Below are positions 13,674 through 30,280 of a DNA stretch of 64,000 bases, piece by piece. The translations under genes and the position numbers were made by a program. The notes under the pieces are model-generated. The model was not told where the DNA came from, did not search any database, and was given only the letters and a program-made list of their open reading frames with translations. The stretch's first letter is position 1. Each line of letters starts with the position of its first letter. The stretch lies in the NCBI GenBank assembly GCA_973895155.1, contig OZ316892.1, positions 3,723,223-3,787,222 of the forward strand. Direction: 5' to 3'. Origin of the DNA: Marsupella aquatica. Its lineage: Eukaryota; Plantae; Marchantiophyta.

Positions 13674-14632
13674 CAGAGAATTTTTTGGACGAGACAGTCG
13701 TGTATTCAGCCCTGAGCTTCTCAAGACTTTGCACCAGAGTAACAGGAAAAGATGTCGGGACGGTGGGCGGAAGGATTCCAGACCCAAGAATTTTGCGGAT
13801 TGTATATTAGTGTGAGCTAGTTGGGATCAACACTCCAGACGGGGATACATCGTAGTGTAGGATAATGAAAGCCAATCCTCTGCATCTTTGGACAAGAGTG
13901 CGACCTCCCCTGTGAGGGCCTATTTTTTTTCTTTTGTTGTCCAATGGAATGAAAAATTGGAGTAGACGTTCTTTATGGCGGCTTTGAAAAGGTTGCCAAT
14001 TGATTGAGCTATTTCTTTATGTTTCCTATTGTCTTTATTCCGGATCATAGTGAGGGTTGACCAAATATCAGTCACATTGGTACACAATTCATTTCTCATT
14101 TGTCATGTGATTGGCTGGCTACTTTATTTGCACCCCTTCACTGTTTTGGTCACACACTTTTGCGTCGTTGTGATTGCCGTGCGGTTTGAGTTCTATGTGC
14201 ATTAGTGGGTGCCAGTATTTTGGGAATCCCTTACAAGAGTGGATCTCATCCCGGATGTGCTCAAGTCGTTTCAATCCAAGGTATTTATACAATCATTGGC
14301 CACTGTCACGAGAGCTCACCAAAGTCAATAAGTGCATCTGTCATGCGACCCGTAAACAGTGTTCTCCAACGTCGTTTGGGTTGCTGCACCCATTTCAACC
14401 CTACTAAGCAACCTTCACTTTGCTGCCCACTGCCTCGTTGATCGATCTCTAACGCACTAAAACAAGATCAGAGTTATTTCTTTCGGTTGTGATCGTTTGT
14501 ATTGTGATAATCAGAGGAACTGTGAAATTGTGAAACTGTGATTTCTTTCGGTGATCGTGGAGTTGTGATAATCAGAGAAAAGTCATGAACATGAGATCCT
14601 AATCCAAGGGGGGGGACGGAGAGGAACTGAGG

Positions 14633-17914
<3,282 letters not shown>

Positions 17915-20639
17915 GGCTATTTTGCAGCATGCGACGTAGGTAGTAATTATGGATGATTCCCATTATAAAATAATGATATGATATATATACGACGAGGGGC
18001 ATAATCAAATGTAGTACCCACTTCGAGTTCTAATCTGTTTTTCAAGAGTTTGTAGTGTTGTAATGAAATTTAATAACAAATTTTTTTTGAAGTAATTAGC
18101 CATCTACTGCATATGTATTGGAGAGAGCCTGAAGGAGCAATCGAGTTGCGTGACCATTTTCGAATTGATATGTCAAAAGAGAGTAACGTATGTAAGGGGT
18201 TATAGAAGAGCTTCGGAGCCATAGAAACTTGGGCTAAGATGTATCAATTAATATCCACATTTCCTTTTGTTTCAAGTGAGTGTTGGGTCTAAGAACTCAA
18301 TTTTCATTCATGATTAGTCCACAGGTCTAACGATTTACTTAAGAGATATCAAGAAGAACCAAAAAATGTATTTATTGTCCTAAACATGCATCGTTTTCAG
18401 GAGCTGTATATGATGGACCAGTCATGACGTTTAAGATTGCTTGGATGTAGGTTGGACAAGTCAAGTATCTGCTTGAAGTTTTAATAAAATGTACTAGACT
18501 TATAATTCTATCTTTGAGTACACAGGCTTGATGAAAGGCCAGTGGATCCACAGGTGAAGTCTCTTTGGGGGTGGGGTTGGGGCTCTGCTTTCTCAAAGAA
18601 AAACGAAGGTGCATTACGGAAAGGACTGCAACCTGCAGCTCCTGTTGGTCGTCCCATAGATCTTGCTGGCTGTGGGGAAGCTGTTTGGAAAACAAGTGAA
18701 TATGCAGCATGATTTTTGTGATGTATAACAAATCCCAATAGACAACAAAAATGAGATGGTTATTCAACCTAAAGACATGTGATGTAAATTAAACTGCCAA
18801 TTGAAGACATCGAAAGGAAAGACTATACAACCTGATGATTCAGTTGAGATGTATAATAAATTCCCAAACGAAGACCAACAAAGAGACTGTGTAACCTCTG
18901 AGCTGCTAATATTGCAAATGGATTGAACCCATTTTTTGGGGGTAATCTCAGGAACATGTTTGTGAAGATGATTGTGCATACTGTAAAGTTTCCATGTGTT
19001 CCGTCCGTCCATATGTTTTGAATGCCCCTACAGTTTCCAGATTCGTCCAGGATTTTCCTAGGATCCTTTGCCTTGGGTTTAGGGTCAGAACCATTTTATG
19101 TTCGGAATCTGAGGAGGTTTCTGGTCTTTAGTAGCTACGAGACTTCCCCATGATCCTGGTCTTGGAGAGAACGTGGCCAATCATTCTGGGTGTCAGTTTG
19201 TATGAGATTTCTGCTACTTGACATCTGTAACTCTAGTAGCAAATTTTGATATCATTCAACTTCAACTTATCTCCATTGTCTGCAACTTTGACCAAATTCC
19301 TCACCAGATAAAGATGAATGGCTGAATAATTTAGTGCTAACTCTGTCTGGCACTTGGGTAGTCTACACTTGAAACAAGAGGAATTTTAACTCCTGGAGAT
19401 ACTTCTATATTCTCAAAATTTTTCCCTTAAAGTTAAATAGTAGCATGAACCAGCAAAGTACAATCTTACAAGAGACTTTTCAATTGCTAAACTACAAAGT
19501 TAGGACTATTTGACAACTTGGTATTGGCCAACACTTTGGGCTCCTGTTTCTTTTGGATGGTACCAATGTTCAGTGAATAAAATTCCTTACATCTGCACTA
19601 CTCTTGACTGCCTTTTCCGTTGTCTATATTTTTCTGAAGTACATTTAAATCCCACAACTATCGATCCATCCATTTTAAATATAAGAGCAGGTTCTGTTCC
19701 TATGTAGCCACTACATATCCTTAGCACAGCAAGGACCGTCCCTTAGGGGTTTTACTTCCTTGAAGACGACACATCACATCATGCCATGAAACATATCAAT
19801 GATTAGTTTTATTGGTTCTAAGGAAACATTTCATACTTTTTGCAGATAACATTAGGGGCTTACATCCAATAAAGCATTAGAAAAGAGACAAGGTTCTAAA
19901 ACAAAATTTCGAAATACTCCAAGAAGATAGGAGAAAATAGTAAAACCAAAACACTCAAAAAAAATGTGATTTAGGATGTTAAAGACTACAAAATGCCGCT
20001 GGTGATGGGGCTCCCTAAGGGGAGACGTCGGAGGGCTATTCCAGTCCATCAAGCTATGTGCAGGCCATCAAACCCTGGAGGGCACACAAGAATGTGCAAT
20101 TTACTTTGGCACTGAGGCCCTTGGCACAGAACTTTGCCTCACACACTGTAAGCATAGTAAGTTATCCGAACCAAGGTCACGCAATGAAGTGCAATGGAGG
20201 ACACCCACCAACAATTGCAATGGGAAAGAGAAGAAAAGAAAGGAAACAAATTTTCTGAAGTAGCAGCAAGAAAGTACAATAAGAAAAAAGGAGAAACAAG
20301 TACAAATAAAACCAAACAAAAACCAAAGAAAACAATGCTATGAACAAAGGCACCCAAAAGTACCAAAAAAATGACTGTGCTAAAGAAATACCAATAATAC
20401 ATACCTCCAGACCTAGCTGTGCAAGCCTCTCATGAGATATGAGAAAGACCCAAAATGCATGGTCAATTAGAAAGAAGGCCATTATAAGGAATTGTAAACT
20501 TGCCTTAAAAAAACCAGAGTTGCATTTGGGGTTGTGTTTCCAGGATCTCATCGGGGATTTCATTTTTTGAATTGTTACTTTTCCAGATAAAGTGCCCCGA
20601 TATATACGCCCTTGTTTGGTGTAGGTCAGGAACAGTTAG

Positions 20640-21620
20640 CTAAAGGTATACCATGATCACTTGATTACCAATGTGTACTGAAAGTGATATTTATAGAATT
20701 ATTATAAGTATTTAAGCATTTGCAACCATGTACTGTAGATCAGGACAACAACAGGCCGGGCCACCTTGAGCAAGTTTTTGCTAGATAATCATCTAAAGAA
20801 ATTAAGCTAGTTGCATTCAAAAACATTTTCATCAGACACTTCAATGTCTTCACACTACATTTAATGTGAGATTGTGTCAGTGCGAAACACTTAGTAAGGT
20901 CCTCAATCCTTAGTAAAAGTGTGTGTGACTGTGTGTGTGAAATAAAAGGGCAATTTAACAGAATTGAAATAATTATGGCTTTTGGTAATTTTGACTTATG
21001 ATATGGGAAAGGTATAATAGCTCAAGGTAAGTCAGAGATGATGGTTTATGGATTATTTATAGAATTGATGCGTAGGAAAACAAATTGGTTAGATTGGAGA
21101 CCTTTTGTCCTGGGATGGTGCATTCAACACAAACCTAGTGCAAAATCATCCAACACGTACTGCATAATTCTTTTACATACATATCATAGCCTTGTGGAAT
21201 AGACCGCATAACAGCTACTATACTGTTGGGTCATAACATTCATTTATGTTATCCTCCATCATCTTCAACTTTTGTGTACAGAAATTTGCCTCGTGTAGTT
21301 GGCTATATCCTAGCAAGTACGGGATAAATGTACTGCTATCATCCTCTTCCCATACATAGGTAGATACCTCTAGAGGCTAGGTCAGCGCTCCTAGGTACAC
21401 AATATCTTATACATGTGAAACCGTTTATATATTTGATTGATGAACATGAATCCAATTACATCAAATTGGAATGGCATAAGTCAAATCTGCCGACACAATC
21501 TGAAACAAATATATCCTCATAACTTCCAAAATTATAGTACCTATTCACTCCTGGGTACGCAACTATCTAATAGCAACAGGTTTCCAAGCTAGCTAACGTT
21601 TGCCCAGTTCTAGACCCTGG
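20640..21620. repeat. AT-rich dispersed repeat module; related copies at ~34510-35735 (direct) and ~30379-31140 (inverted)
   Basis: Shared blocks such as ccatgatcacttgatta...gtgtact.aaagt (20651, 34513), aaaacaaattggttagattggaga (21076, 35431; reverse complement ~30647) and cataacttccaa (21518, 35640). Confidence 0.7.
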
Positions 21621-21670
21621 GCCAATCCAAGCAAGGATATGCGCAAAGCTACTCTGAACACTGACAAACC

Positions 21671-23021
21671 GCTGCCAACTATTGCTCAAAGCAAAACGGG
21701 ACACATGCCAAAAAAAAGGCTTGGCTCAACCGGAAAAGAGTGTGGGATTCTCTCCCATGCAATTTCTTTTCTATCCGTTCCAAGTCCTTTGCTTTGAAGA
21801 AGCTCGTAGCCAGATTGACGGCCTCTCACCCAACGAGCTATTGTGAGAACTTCGTTATTTACGGGGACCGCAAAATTCGGATCAATTCGGGGGTGATGGT
21901 GGGGGTCCTCTCCAAGTTCACCAGCGATATCGTCACATGAAACGGAATGCTTCAGTGCCCATAATTTGGTGTTGGTATCTTCGACATAATCTTAGGATAT
22001 CCACTTGTAGGGCTTGTCATAAGATACTTTTTGGGCTCACCGTTGACCCTCCTTGGGTCACCTGTGAAGCACATTTCTGGAACTTCGTCCGACGACAGAG
22101 GCTCAGAACTCTCTTCTAGTCTCCATGAGTCAACCACGCTCCACAAAGTGATTGAAGCGATCTGGGCACCAGTCTCCGTATCCTTGAGGCAGAAATTCAT
22201 GATGTGGCTTACCTTCTGCTCGGAACTGGCAATTGACTATGCAACGCGTGTCCTCTCGTTCTGGTCCTTGACTGTTTGTGCACTCTTTCCACAGCCCTTG
22301 TCCAGTCAGATCGAAGACATAAATCTTTTCCTCTTCCTGGTCAAACATTTGTCTGATGTTCTCGTTGCCTTGCTTTTCTGTGATCCGTGTACTTTTGTGT
22401 TTGTGAGAACAAACATATAAGTTACCACTGGATGCAATCAGCTGACAAAACCTTTCGTTATCACCAGGAAGATGTGGGATTGGAGGAAGTTCATAGAATT
22501 GTTTCTCTCTCATTGAATAGAGAGAAATTGCGTTCCTGTACGTGCAGTCATGGTGTAGCACATCATTACATTTAACTTCATTGCTGTGCTTGAGAGCTAG
22601 AAACTCTTCCCGTGAATGGGACCGAATCCTCTCATTGTAGACCTCTCGGCTTTGAATTGCCTCTTGCCAATTCGGGCTCACTGACTGCAGTTCATGAAAA
22701 TCTGTCCAGCGCAACTTTGTGGCAATGTGGGTCAAAGTAACGTCGTCTGGGATCCCTGGAAGAAGCTCTTCGAGGAAAGAAGACATTTCTTGAGACTTCA
22801 ATCCGCTGAAGAATGTCTCGCGCGATCTGGATGGGCAAATAACCTATGGAAATAATGACCACATTAAATCAGATTAGAAAAAGTCAGATAATCTCATTCG
22901 ACGTATATATATTAAATGCCATCTGCCTTTCAAGCAGGTACATATAGATCGAGTGCTGCCATGCCAATCCACAACGACATAGAATTGAGGTTTTTGGCTA
23001 GAGTAAAGGAATTGAAATAAA

Positions 23022-23059
<38 letters not shown>

Positions 23060-24790
23060 CAATAACATGCAACGGAAAAACACTGAGTGTGGCAAGATGG
23101 TATCAGAAACTGTACAGGCTAGCTAGGCCAGAATGAAAGATCAGGAATAACAAATTAGGTTTCTAACTAGCCTCCTAGCTAAATAAATGAAAGCAGTTGG
23201 ACTGTTTTAGAATTAACTGAGAACAATTAAAGGAGAACAACTGCGTAGAGGTCGATCATGGAAAGGTCTTGCAGATATGCATCACCACATATACCTAGAG
23301 ATCGACTGCACCTGAATATATATTGAAGAGATGTGGAGCCTGATCTGGAGGCAAATAAGATTGGTGCCGGGATTGGTGCTTGTCCTCCAACTCTGTCAAA
23401 CAACACGGTACGTTTCTGCTTGTGCACTCCTGGATCTCCAACCTTTACTCTATGTACTGGTTCCTGCTAGGAGGTAAGCACGAACTAAAACTCAAGTTTA
23501 TACTACAGCTCTGAACTTGGTTAGAATATATAGGAGATGATAAGCAACGCAACGATGTGATGCTCTAGGTGGGTGGGCTGTCCCCGAGAGAGAGAATTGT
23601 GGGAGAGAGAGAGAATGATCGACACATAAGTCCCGAGAGAGAGCTAGAAGTGTGGGAGAGAGAGAATGACGAATAAGTCCCGAGAGAGAGCTAGAATTGA
23701 AGTGTGGGAGAGAGAGAATGACAAATAAGTCCCCAGACCCTAGTTATATACTCTGATGGGGGCGGATCCAGAGGAAAACTGATCAGAACTGATCAATGAC
23801 TCAGAAAATAAGTGCATCTCCTAACCTCGTTCCCTGGACCAGGTAGTTGAAGCAAATACGAACCAATGACAGGCTGCCTGGCAACAACAGGCCGTTTATT
23901 GGGGCAGCATTTGAATTGTCAATTCCCAGGTGACACCGTGAACGTACAGCTGGTAAGACAGAGGCTTCCTAGTGAACGCAAGAAACCAGATCTGAAGGCT
24001 TTGCAAGCATTCCTGCTTTACTCGATCAGCGAGACAAGCACAGATTTCATGTTCGTGTCATAATGTCATGAAGGGCTTACTGGCATCAGTTAGTCTTTGT
24101 TTCAATTAATAACTAGTTGCAACACCGTGTTCAGGAGCTACGTGTCCTGTCTTTCGTTAGTTATATAGTATTTGCAAGCTTCAATTAATTAGTTGCAGCA
24201 ACGTACTGACTAGCTACACGAGATGCATTGTTTGCTGAGTCATTGGTCTGTTCTATCGTCCATCAATCTGCTGGAGTTTAGAATATGAGATGCGAGCCCA
24301 CTATCGCTCTTCCCTCAGTTTCTCCCTCTTCCCGCCAGGCCATCCGTGGTCAGGGCCGGCAGTGACTCACCTAGTGCATGAGTTAATCCCTGATCGAGGA
24401 TAGAAGTTTTGCGATTGAGGCAGCCGTCACATTTATGTATTGTAACTACGTACATGTGGAGTCTGAGGACTTACAGTAGTACTTCCCTGTGGAGTCTGAG
24501 TACTTACAGTAGTACTTCCCTTGGCCGAATACACGAGACTATCTAGTTTTAATTATCACACTAATTAATTGCCCGAGAGTAGATATATGGCATTGATGAG
24601 GCGAAACATACTTCAGGTAACTATAGGTATGATCATATTTTGATTAGTGCATGATCCATCTATCTAACTAGACTTTTGAAATTAAAGGCTTGCAAGCCAT
24701 GTAAGTTTTCTTATGACATCTAACACTACATTGAATATATATTCCCTATTGCAGGGAGAAGGCAATGAGATCCCTTTGCATGATGCCTTT
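21671..24790. repeat. Segmental duplication copy A; copy B = 41123-41910 + 56897-58436 + 63659-~63968, split by the CACTA and Copia insertions
   Basis: Long collinear near-identity, e.g. ctattgctcaaagcaaaacgggacacatgcc (21678/41131), gatccctggaagaagctcttcga (22751/56918), gccgtcacatttat (24423/63663), gagaaggcaatgagatccctttgcatgatg (24756/63940). Confidence 0.92.
21679..22786 (-). pseudogene. F-box/kelch-like gene, copy A; 3' half frameshifted
   Basis: N-terminal F-box-like LLPGIPDDVTLTHIATKL...LQSVSPNW, then LPPIP and kelch-like blocks (GNLYVC, IYVFDLTGQGLWKEC...R). The frame breaks near 22200 and further fragments continue to ~21680. Confidence 0.7.
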
Positions 24791-25183
24791 GCTACACTAA
24801 TGCGTTACTTGCCGGACGACATCTCAAGTGACTTTGTACGTAGCTGAGGGAGGTGGATGGACAAACTTTTTGACAATATGCATCCTAAGGTAGTTGACGT
24901 TGATGATCCCGGGATCACACGAGCCACAAAGCCGGAAAACTTCAATCGTGCCCTAGCTATAGGAGCAACACTTTTAATAGCTAAACAGATGTTGGAAAAT
25001 TTTCTCAAACGGCAATAAGATGTTTGGTTTCCTACCCTTGTACTGTTTGTGGTAGTGTGCCTGCTTTTCGATGAAACAGGACGGTTTCTGCAATAAAGCA
25101 TTGCTTTTTTTCCCGGGATTGGAGTTTCACCTCATGTTATATTTAGAGATAACCCTCGGGATCACCCTAAACTTGCACAAAAC

Positions 25184-25500
25184 TAGGGTAGAAGCTTTCG
25201 GATTTCATCGCCTTGTGTTATGTATACGAAGTCAAAATGGTTATATTGGACTGACATTGTAGTTGAGGGATTTGGACGGACAAACGTTTTTGACAATATG
25301 CATCCTAAGGAGGGTAGAACCTTTCGGATTTCATAGCCTTGTGTTATGTATACGAAGTCGAATTGGTTATATTGCAACTGACATTGTAGCTGAGGGAGGC
25401 TGATGGACAAACGTTTTTGACAATATGAATCCTAAGGAGGGTCGAAGCTTTCGGATTTCATTGCCCTTGTGTCATGTATACGAAGTTGAAATGGTTGAGG
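25184..25500. repeat. Tandem repeat, ~126-bp unit, ~2.5 copies, with a partial copy at ~24840-24895
   Basis: agggt(a/c)gaa(g/c)ctttcggatttcat at ~25184, ~25311 and ~25437. It lies in a ~1.1-kb block absent from duplication copy B. Confidence 0.85.
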
Positions 25501-27660
25501 CGTAGGGAGGAGATCTTCAACAACTTGCTATGCGTACTACCTACTTACGCCTACAATTTGTCCACAAGGCCGTGGTTTATTTTTGTCATGGCAAGATTTG
25601 GCTTCCATGGCAATGCATGGTAAATTAATCCACATGCCCCCCTCACCAATTCATGAGGACAGAGCAACAAATACTGGGTGCCTTGAGTTTAGTATGCACA
25701 AAAGACACAGTTCCTTGCTTACTGGAGATTGAGAATTGTAGTCTTCAAATAGATCATTTGCCAAGAGATCAGGGGCTAAATGACTTCATTGTTATCCATC
25801 ACAAAATACATAGATGGTAGTGTAATGGAATTGAAGCATGTTGGTATTTGAGTAATGATTGTGGACGTTATGCAATCGAACCGTGCTGTCTAGCTAGTAC
25901 ACACCTTTTGAGAATTTGTTTTGTTGAATATTGCTAAGGGGGAAAATTTTTGAACGTTCATTTATTGATTATCCTGGAATAATAGCAAATTAAGTATAGG
26001 CCATTTTCTTGGCTACGGGACCATTTTCCCTTGTGTATATGATTGATTTGCATCTCATATCGTTCTGCAACGGGTACATCAATTATGACTATTTGTGCAG
26101 CCATCAAATATGAGTGGTTTGATGATGGTGAGATTGATTACATTGAGATTGGGTTAGTCTTGCATATGACTCTCATTGTGGTCATATACGTGATCAGTAT
26201 GAGTCACCATGAAGGGGATCACGGGAGGGGAGTTAATTAGCTTATTCAAGTATCCCTGTAGTGCTGGTATCGTGGCTGTGTTTTGGGAGAGGGGATCAAG
26301 TTTGAAATGGCGCTTCATGAGAGTCCACAACTCGGCCCCACACTTTGTGCCCGACTTTGTGGCACCCTGATGTGCCACTCTTGGGGAAGTGGGACCCGAG
26401 AGGTTAGTCGAACAGAAAGCAGAAGTCATAGAGTCCCTGCTAAATTCCAACAAAGTATATCAAAGTTAATGAACTATTAGAGAGACGTACTACATGGTGG
26501 TACTAACGTGTGTGCAAGCATCCTAATTAACACCTCTATTAATCAATTCTTGATTGGATCCTGTTTATACAATGTGTTCTTGCGCAGTTCTGTGCTCACG
26601 CAAGTTAATTAGTGGAAAGTGTCATAGTGCTGGCCAGCTCTAGTTTCAGACCACGAGTTTTGGCCCCACTTTTGTATTGCTGTCTTCACCTATCTATTCA
26701 ATTTGATTAATTATCTCGAGCATGAATTGGATGGCATCCAGTTTGGAAATAGCTTCTCATCAACCACTATAACATGCGCACCAAACCAAGGACAGGGTTT
26801 CCTTTTAATTTGAGCATGTTGGTGCTCTCTAGCTAGAATGTGGTCATATTCAAGAGTTTGGACGGGATGTGTCAACTTCAAAAATTAACCTCCTTCGGAT
26901 GTGTACTGTAATTAACCACCCCGGCCTGTACCCTACAAAATAATCAACCCCTGTGCAACTTAAGTAGGGTGCGATTTGTCTTATGGGGTTTCATTGCTCA
27001 CCGATAATTCCTCACCACAAAGCCCATCTCTAAGCCTTGTTAGAACCAGTCAAATAGTTCCCCACTTGGAGATTCCACTAACTACCTGAATGGGACTTTA
27101 GACAGTACACAGATTTTGCACTCTCCAACTATACATTAACCTACCATGCATACTTGGGGCATTTTTGTTTTCCCATCACAAGAAATCCACATTGGAAAAC
27201 TGTTTTGCCTACTTCAAGTAAGGATTACTGAACCTCCACATAATCCCAGGGAAAAATGACCGCTTACAAAGGAAAGTTCACAAATCCACATTCAAGCCAG
27301 TGAGAAAAATTGCCTTGTGATATATGATGGTATTGATCTCCTTGCATTCAATCATCCGTTTCCTTTACTGCATCATTTGTTGAAACGTCTTGTGTTCATC
27401 CGTATAGTACAAAAGAAAAAGGGCCCATCAATTTAGAGTTCAGGGGTCGTCCATACAGAAGACTATAGTATGGCTGCACTTACCTAGATCAGACAATAAG
27501 GAATATTTATTCAGAAACTTACATTCAGCCTTGTCAGTCTTAATGATACATCTGGTGTGACTAAATCCAGCTCCTGACTAAATCCAGCTCCTGAGTCTAA
27601 AAAATCTAATACTATCAGAAGGAACTCTTCACTTAGAAGAACACTAATTTAACAACGTAA

Positions 27661-28080
27661 CTAACGCTCTCCTCTAATATGCCTGACCAACTGCATGTCC
27701 TTGGGCATGATGGTCACCCTCTTTGCGTGGATTGCACACAAATTGCTGTCTTCAAAGATACCAACGATATATGCCTCTGCTGCCTCATGGAGGGCAAGAA
27801 CAGCGTGGCTCCGGAAGCGAAGGTCCGTCTTGAACTCCTGAGCTATCTCACGAACAAGTCGCTGGAAGGGAAGCTTGCGGATGAGACGATCGGTACCCTT
27901 CTGGTATTTACGGATCTCTCAGAGTGTCACTGTTCCAGGCCTGTATCTACAAGGCCTCTTCACTCCTGGCCTCGCTGTAGTTGAGTTGGAGGCATTCATG
28001 CGCAGGGCCTTGGTGGCAAGCTGTTTGCGAGGCCCCTTGCCCCCTGTGGACTTACGAGCAGTCTGCTTGGTACGAGCCAT
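27661..28080 (-). pseudogene. H3: Histone H3 variant (K27M), copy 1, with an in-frame TGA
   Basis: 140 codons collinear with the 29693-30112 copy: [60 protein letters not shown]... The TGA at 27919-27921 replaces an Arg codon (CGC in the other copy). Not listed in the ORF track. Confidence 0.93.
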
Positions 28081-29554
28081 AGGTACTTGCTCCTAGCTCT
28101 CTTCCAGATGGAGAGCAAGAATGGATATATATATACACGCGGGAATCGAGTATCTGCAAGGTTACACACTACAACAAGCTTGGAGGCCAGTGACTAAGTA
28201 ATGAGAAGGGATCCACGTACTAGCCTGAGGCGGGGCCTTCACAATAACAAGGCCAGGAGGCGCGTCAGAAGGATTCCTAGGTGCCGTTTGAGATGATGGG
28301 CAAGACTCAATAGCTGATTGTCTTGAATAGGTGCGAACCAAGGACTCCCCTGCAGGTGATCGAAACATTGTTCTGTTGTTTATGGTCAGTCCAGAATGAT
28401 TTGTGTCCTCCACTTGCACATGGATAGAGACGAAATGGATGGCTAGTTAGCAGACAAGTGGCGACATCAGAGGTTACCACAGCCAATTGCAACTGACTAT
28501 GGATGGGAACCTTTCTTTCGTGTGTTTCGTGACATTGTTTGAGAAGGTACTAGCCAGGGACCAGCGTGGCCTAAACTTGCCATATATTCTCTTCAAAAAT
28601 TAAACTCAGTTTTTCTAAAAACAATTGTAAAATCCTGGCTGGTTTGGCTATAGAATCCAATATTAAAAGAAACCATATAAATTGGATTTGATCAAGTTAT
28701 TACACATAAAAAAATGTTCACTTTTTTAAAGTTACCTCTTTGGATTACTCAAGTTGAGAGCCCAGGTGAGAGGCAAATCAAACAGTTTAGTATCAATATG
28801 ATCCATTGAATAGAATGCCATGATCACTGTGTACTGAAAGTCAGGTTTCAAGAATTAATACAAGTATTTAAGTCTCAGGGGTCTCACTATATGGAGGTCT
28901 CCTCATCACTTGCAACTATTTCAGGCCTTGGATGTAAGAAAACATTATTTTACAATCACTACAATATTAATTTTGATTAAAACACACAAATGTGTTTAGA
29001 AGTCTCAAAATTAGATTAAGAATATTCTATTGTTCTTCTGAGTAAATTATTAGATATATATTACTTTAGAACCAATAAAATGACTTGATTTGTCCCACTT
29101 GATATGTTATTTTTGAGACTTAAAACACAATGTAAACCCTTACTACAAAGGAGCCTGCATTGAAGTGAATATTTACAAATGCCCACGTCAACATAACCAC
29201 GACTCACTCCCCTTAATGTTGTTCCCTGGCTAGTACCTTATCAAACAATGTCACGAAAACGAAACACACGAAAGAGAGCTTCCCATCCATAGTCAGTTGC
29301 AACTAGCTGTGGTAACCTCCGATGTCGTCACTTGTCTACTAACTAGCCATCCATTTCGTCTCTATCCATGTGCAAGTGGAGGACATAAATCATTCTGGAC
29401 TGACCATAAACAACACAACAATGTTTCGATCACCTGGGGAGTCCTTGGTTCGCACCTATTTAAGACAATCAGCTGTTGAGTCTTGCCCATCATCTCAAAC
29501 GGCACCTAGGAATCCTTCTGACGCGCCTCCTGGCCTTGTTATTGTGAAGGCCCC

Positions 29555-29650
29555 GCCAGTACGTGGATCCCTTCTCAGTCTCTTAGTCTCCAAGCTTGTT
29601 GTAGTGTGTGACCTTGCACATACTCGATTCCCGGGTGTATATATATCCAT
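29555..29650 (+). promoter_or_regulatory. Putative histone promoter: octamer-like CGTGGATC and TATA
   Basis: acgtggatcc at 29561 (one mismatch to the plant histone octamer CGCGGATC) and tatatatat at ~29638, 50 bp before the ATG. Both are mirrored in the other arm. Confidence 0.45.
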
Positions 29651-29692
29651 TCTTGCTCTCCCCATCTGGAAGAGAGCTAGGAACAAGTACGT

Positions 29693-30112
29693 ATGGCTCG
29701 TACCAAGCAGATTGCTCGTAAGTCCACAGGGGGCAAGGGGCCTCGCAAACAGCTTGCCACCAAGGCCCTGCGCATGAATGCCTCCAACTCAACTCCAGCC
29801 AGGCGAGGAGTGAAGAGGCCTCGTAGATACAGGCCTGGAACAGTGGCACTCCGCGAGATCCGTAAATACCAGAAGGGTACCGATCTTCTCATCCCCAAGC
29901 TTCCCTTCCAGCGACTGGTTCGTGAGATAGCTCAGGAGTTAAAGACGGACATTCGCTTCCAGAGCCACGCTGTTCTTGCCCTCCATGAGGCAGCAGAGGC
30001 ATATGCCGTTGGTATCTTTGAGGACACCAATTTGTGTGCAATCCACGCAAAGAGGGTGACCATCATGCCCAAGGACATGCAGTTGGCCAGGCGCATTAGA
30101 GGAGAGCGTTAG
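29693..30112 (+). CDS. H3: Divergent intronless histone H3 variant derived from H3.3, encoding K27M
   Basis: Open 139-aa ORF with a complete histone fold. Y41 and QSHAVLAL (H87, L90) are plant H3.3 signatures. Changes: T6I, A15G, A25L, K27M, S28N, 4-aa insertion before G34, K37R, H39R, S57G, R63P, Q93H, L100A, loss of the terminal Ala. K4, K9, K14, K18, K23 and K36 are retained. Confidence 0.93.
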   Translation: MARTKQIARKSTGGKGPRKQLATKALRMNASNSTPARRGVKRPRRYRPGTVALREIRKYQKGTDLLIPKLPFQRLVREIAQELKTDIRFQSHAVLALHEAAEAYAVGIFEDTNLCAIHAKRVTIMPKDMQLARRIRGER

Positions 30113-30122
30113 AGGAGAGCGC

Positions 30123-30280
30123 AAAAGGTTTATGTCCTCGATCTGACTGGACAAGGGCTGTGGAAAGAGTGCACAAACAGTCAAGGATAGGAACGGGAGG
30201 ACACGCGTTGCATAGTTAATTGCCAGTTTCGAGCAGTGGGTAAGCCACATCATGAATTTCTGCATCAAGGATACGGAGAC
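30123..30280 (+). pseudogene. Internal fragment of the F-box/kelch-like gene fused directly behind the H3 stop codon
   Basis: aaaaggtttatgtcctcgatctgactggacaagggctgtggaaagagtgcac... is the reverse complement of ~22170-22330 and ~41630-41790. Bases 30279-30376 then match the reverse complement of ~40955-41055. Confidence 0.85.

Larger units (their letters stand above)
27661..30112. repeat. Inverted duplication (~900-bp arms 27661-28560 and 29223-30112, ~660-bp spacer) placing the two H3 genes head-to-head
   Basis: Both CDSs and ~470 bp of upstream sequence are reverse complements, e.g. aaggtactagccaggga (28544) versus tccctggctagtacctt (29223). The same short ORFs appear on opposite strands in the ORF track. 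Confidence 0.95.

Noticed and set aside
19850-20563. Hydrophobic Phe-rich minus-strand ORFs resembling membrane proteins
   Set aside because: By-product of an A-rich low-complexity tract; several overlapping frames are open and none has a family motif.
29693-30112. CENH3 (centromeric H3) assignment
   Set aside because: The tail is canonical [13 protein letters not shown], loop 1 has no insertion, and Q68, F84 and the H3.3 signature are retained.
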